A stretch of 63,420 nucleotides of DNA, counting the filler, from Folioceros fuciformis (taxonomy: Eukaryota): assembly GCA_049999805.1 (NCBI GenBank). It is 6 parts of 6 records of this genome, joined end to end, with 100 filler letters (N's around TTAATTAATTAA, not from the genome) between each part and the next. Parts side by side here need not be neighbours in the genome. Positions count along the whole stretch, not along the records: positions 58,444 to 63,420 come from JBNGIO010001233.1; 5 more parts are not named here. One strand, written 5' to 3'. A program made the translations under genes and the position numbers. This document shows, one piece after another, positions 59,721-63,420 of this stretch (its first letter is position 1; every line of letters starts with the position of its first letter). The notes below the pieces were generated by a model, which did no database searches, had not been told where the DNA came from, and saw only the letters and a list, made by a program, of their open reading frames with translations.

Positions 59721-60322
59721 TACGAGGGAGCACGGTGTGCACTACCTTGCAAATTTTAGGAGCACATCTATGTGTGGTATCTTCACTAAACTTCAATTGG
59801 TGAACTTTGTCATGATTGAGGGCGTCATCTATAGTTGTAAAATCTCCTCCAACAGGGAAATCATGTTTGTGTGCAAACTACTCGGTTTGTGGTATGAAAT
59901 CATCTAGAGGCTGAAAGTGCCTTGAATACTGGGTTTTGTTGAAGCCCTACATGAAGACAAAAGCTTTGCATCATTTGCAAAGGTTTTACTAAATTGGTGT
60001 GAAGGTGCCATAGGTTGCTAGCTCATATGCCTCTAAAATTTGTGAGGTCAATTATCGTGTGATGGTAGTGAACATGTGTTCCCTAGTTGTGAGGGACAAT
60101 CACCTATCAACATTTTCATTCAGTCTGAATAGCTGCAAACATCACAAACACAAAGTGCTAAAAAGTCCTAATGGTCGTGGGCACAAACTCTACAGCCCAT
60201 TTCATGCAAGACATGGAGATGAAGTGAGCTCTTGAGCTTGCACACCTTCAAGCTCTGCGAGCTGGAGGGAAGGAGGCGAAGGGTGGTAGGCTAGTCAGGC
60301 GTGCATGGCTCCTCCTCCTTCT

Positions 60323-60400
60323 TGATGTCCCTGCGATGCATGTAAACCTGATGTCCCTGCGATGCATGTAAACATGATGTCCCTGCGATGCATGTAAACC
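60323..60400. repeat. 26-bp tandem repeat x3
   Basis: TGATGTCCCTGCGATGCATGTAAAC(C/A) at 60323, 60349 and 60375. Confidence 0.92.
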
Positions 60401-61914
60401 CTTGGCGACGCAAGGACGACTGTGGTTTTTTCCTATGTGTGTCTAAGGCGTACTTAAAAACATGCATATGTCGTACAAGAAGCCTTAAAAAAAAAGTTAC
60501 ATGTCCCCATCAGTCCACAAGTCGTATATGGTGAGGAAAGTCTACTATACTGAGGTGGGCCCCATGAGAATGTACAATACGAGCATCTATACTAGATTCT
60601 CAAGTATATTCCCATATGAAGTATGTATTTGGAAAAAAGGGTGTCCAACCACTATCCCTATCCATATTCCATACATATACCCCTACATGCCAGTTTCATA
60701 GTTGTTCTAGCCCCAAACCTTGAAAAAAAGACCCCACCTGAACCCAGAAAAGCACGCTACATTAACTCTTGTACTTAAAAGAAAGGAAAGCAGGTGGGCA
60801 GTGAAGTTTTGAGTTAGGAGCAATGTTTTCCTTATAACATGAAAGATAGATGGGCAAAGTTATGAGGTGGGAGCCATATTTTCCTCTTGAGGTGGAGGAT
60901 GGCTGTTGTGGGCTTTTACAAAATGTTAATGTTACGCACTAGGCGTATTATGCACAAAAATAATTATGACACTCCTCTCTCTCCTCTTTGATATGCCATA
61001 ATAAAGACCTTATCTAACATATCATAATAAAAACCTCTATTAAAAACTCTACATGGTATATCATAATGATTTTTTATTATTGTAAACCCTATCTAGTTTA
61101 TCATAGTAAAAATCTTTATTTAAATATTGAAATGCCATAATAAAAACCCTATTTAGTATATTATAGTAAAAACCCCTATTTTTGTGAAGTATTGGCATCC
61201 AACATTGAAAGGTCAGAAAATTACGAAAGCTAGAATTGATGTCTTATCTTTATTAAAATGCCAAAAATATTTTTGCTTTTAATTTTTACTAGAGAAAAAT
61301 AACATTTTGAATTTAGTTTTACTCCAAGAAATTTATTTTACTTTGTAAATGATTTTTTAATCCATCTCCAAAAAGCCCATTCTTTATGAAAGGGTCTACA
61401 CTTTACCACAAAGCTATGCTTATATATATATTTTTCTTAGCTTTTAGAAATAAAGAAAATAACTTTAATATACAAGTGCTACAAGTTTTCATTGAATAGG
61501 ATATAAAAAAACTCTCAAAACTATATCAGAAATCTTCATTAAGACTAAAGATGTGAAAAAGATCTTAAATTTTTATTCAAGTCTACTTAACATGAATTTT
61601 TTGGAACTTGTGGTTAACAACAACGATATAATCAACTACTAAGTCCCATAGTCCAAAGGCCAGGATGTTAAATTGCATGATATTACTTGCTCCAAAGTGC
61701 TGGGTGCTTATTCCCAGGATTAAGTTCTTAAAAATTTGTGTGCATTGACCCAAGCCATTAATACGCTGCATCTGAAGGCTCAACAGTTTACTGCGAGCCA
61801 ATCCTGAAGATCGCCATGTAGGTCCCTTCAAACGTCTTCCTCGAGACGTTGGCAAGCCCAGTAGGAAACGCCTTCTAAAGCGCCCAATGTTGAGAGCTAT
61901 TGCTGCTGCTGTTC

Positions 61915-62524
61915 TCATTCGCTCCACGTTACGTCGATGTTTCGAATTTCAGGCTTCTTCTCCTGCACCTTTGGCACGATGACAGTGAGCAAGCCGTTCT
62001 CCACACTGGCTGCCACTTCATCGAGCTTCACATTCTTGGGAAGCCGAAACTTGCGCAGGAATTGACCATGTGATCGCTCCACATGATGCCACTTGTCTGT
62101 CTTTTGCACCTCCTCTTCGCTGCGCTCTCCACTGATCTTCAGCACATTGCCTTCCTCAACCTCCACCTTCACCTCTTCCTTCCTCAAACCTGGGTGAGAT
62201 GGCAAACTTCAGAACTCTCGCTGCACCATCTACAGAGCCGCCTCTACATCTGAGCTCGAAATCACAAATCTGGCAGGAAACGAATGCAATTTAATGGAGT
62301 GAGGGCTACCTACCGGGGAGTTCGGCCTTGAAGACGTGAGCCGTGGGAGTTTCCTTCCAATCAACCTTAGTGCTCGCTACGGCAGACACATCCCTAGCGA
62401 AAGATCGAGCGGGTGTCCTTTCCGCCAGTCCGAAGCTTTCAAAGGGGTCCCAAAGCCGATCGAAGGCGCGAGGATTCCACACATAGTCGTTCCCCGAACG
62501 AGAGAAGAATGGAGCCAATGCCAT
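61915..62524 (-). CDS. Cytosolic class I-like small heat shock protein (HSP17/18), 161 aa, one intron
   Basis: Exons 62524-62314 and 62189-61915 (GT-AG, phase 1). [60 protein letters not shown]-terminal IDV. Confidence 0.95.
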
Positions 62525-62719
62525 CTATCCGACACCTCGTCACCGGACGACAAGATTGCGCACAATGCGAGTTTTCGGTACTCCACTAAATCTGCAGCCC
62601 CGAAGTTTCTTGACGCTTATTCCTTGGCTTGGAGCTCAGGTACAATGCCATGCTCGTCGCGAAGCGCAGCTTAAAACGACCGGGTGGCGAGTTCGAGAGC
62701 CCTCTCGGAGTGAGTGTCT

Positions 62720-62739
62720 CGAACGTTCTCGACATTTCC
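62720..62739. promoter_or_regulatory. Heat shock element upstream of the sHSP
   Basis: cGAAcgTTCtcGAcatTTCc: alternating nGAAn/nTTCn units ~200 bp upstream of the ATG. Confidence 0.75.
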
Positions 62740-63420
62740 CTACTTGCTTCTGGACTCCTGGAGTAACCAACCGTTCGGTACGGCTCGGGGACCTCCAGTC
62801 CATCGCTTTCGGGAATCGCTTTGCTTTTTAAAAATATTAACGAAAAGAGCTCACAACTTTTCGACCAAGCTTGAGACAACCAAACCAGATCGTGAAACTC
62901 CTGAAACAAGATGGATCAAGCGAAGTAGTGAAGCTGTGAATTTCCAGATCGCTGCGCACTTCCTGGGTGGGTTTCAACGAGGACCCTTAACTCGATACAG
63001 ACACCTCAGTTCCTTCAAACTTCTGATACAGCAAAAAATGGCGAACAGATTGCACAGGAGCTCAGAAGCATGTTACGGACCCTTCTTGGTCAATCCTTCT
63101 CGACCTCGTCCTCGGAGAATGTTTGGGAACATTCGCACTTTCTCGACCTCCTACGAACATGTTAAAGAGCCTTCCGACACAATATTGACCTCTTTCTACC
63201 TGGTAGAGGAGCGCATGTAGGGCAGAAGCTACCTTTCTTACAGCACAACTTGTGGCATGAAGTGGTACAGGAATTGGGGATCTGTTATTGCGGGTTCTTG
63301 AAAAAGGAGACGTAGATTACAACAACGACTGATACCAAAAGAGCGAAGAGATCGAAGACTAAGGCTGTCTGAGCCTGGTCGCTGAGAGGTAGGTTATCGC
63401 CTGAGAGAGCATCCACGGGC

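Overview
Eukaryotic plant nuclear DNA from a compact genome with short (~80-130 bp) introns and a bryophyte-type DELLA. A hornwort such as Anthoceros is my inference, not proven. The window is six contigs joined by five 100-nt N spacers containing TTAATTAATTAA, so adjacency across spacers is not guaranteed. Host genes: intronless amino-acid transporter, tRNA-Gly(GCC), 7-exon GH32 acid invertase with the 9-nt DPN micro-exon, TOPLESS co-repressor, FtsHi2-like inactive chloroplast FtsH (5'-truncated), DELLA/GRAS, KUA1/MYBS-type CCHC-MYB repressor and an intron-containing cytosolic small HSP. Between them are blocks of decayed LTR retrotransposons. The most striking signal is invisible in the ORF track: a degenerate Ty3/Gypsy element at ~26.4-29.5 kb carries a C5 DNA cytosine methyltransferase domain (motifs I, II, IV, V, VI and the start of VIII) between its protease and reverse transcriptase. 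Also notable: a Copia family whose LTRs end AG...CT instead of TG...CA in three copies, a fourfold tandem primer-binding site, and a 5S-rRNA-derived Pol III promoter fragment.
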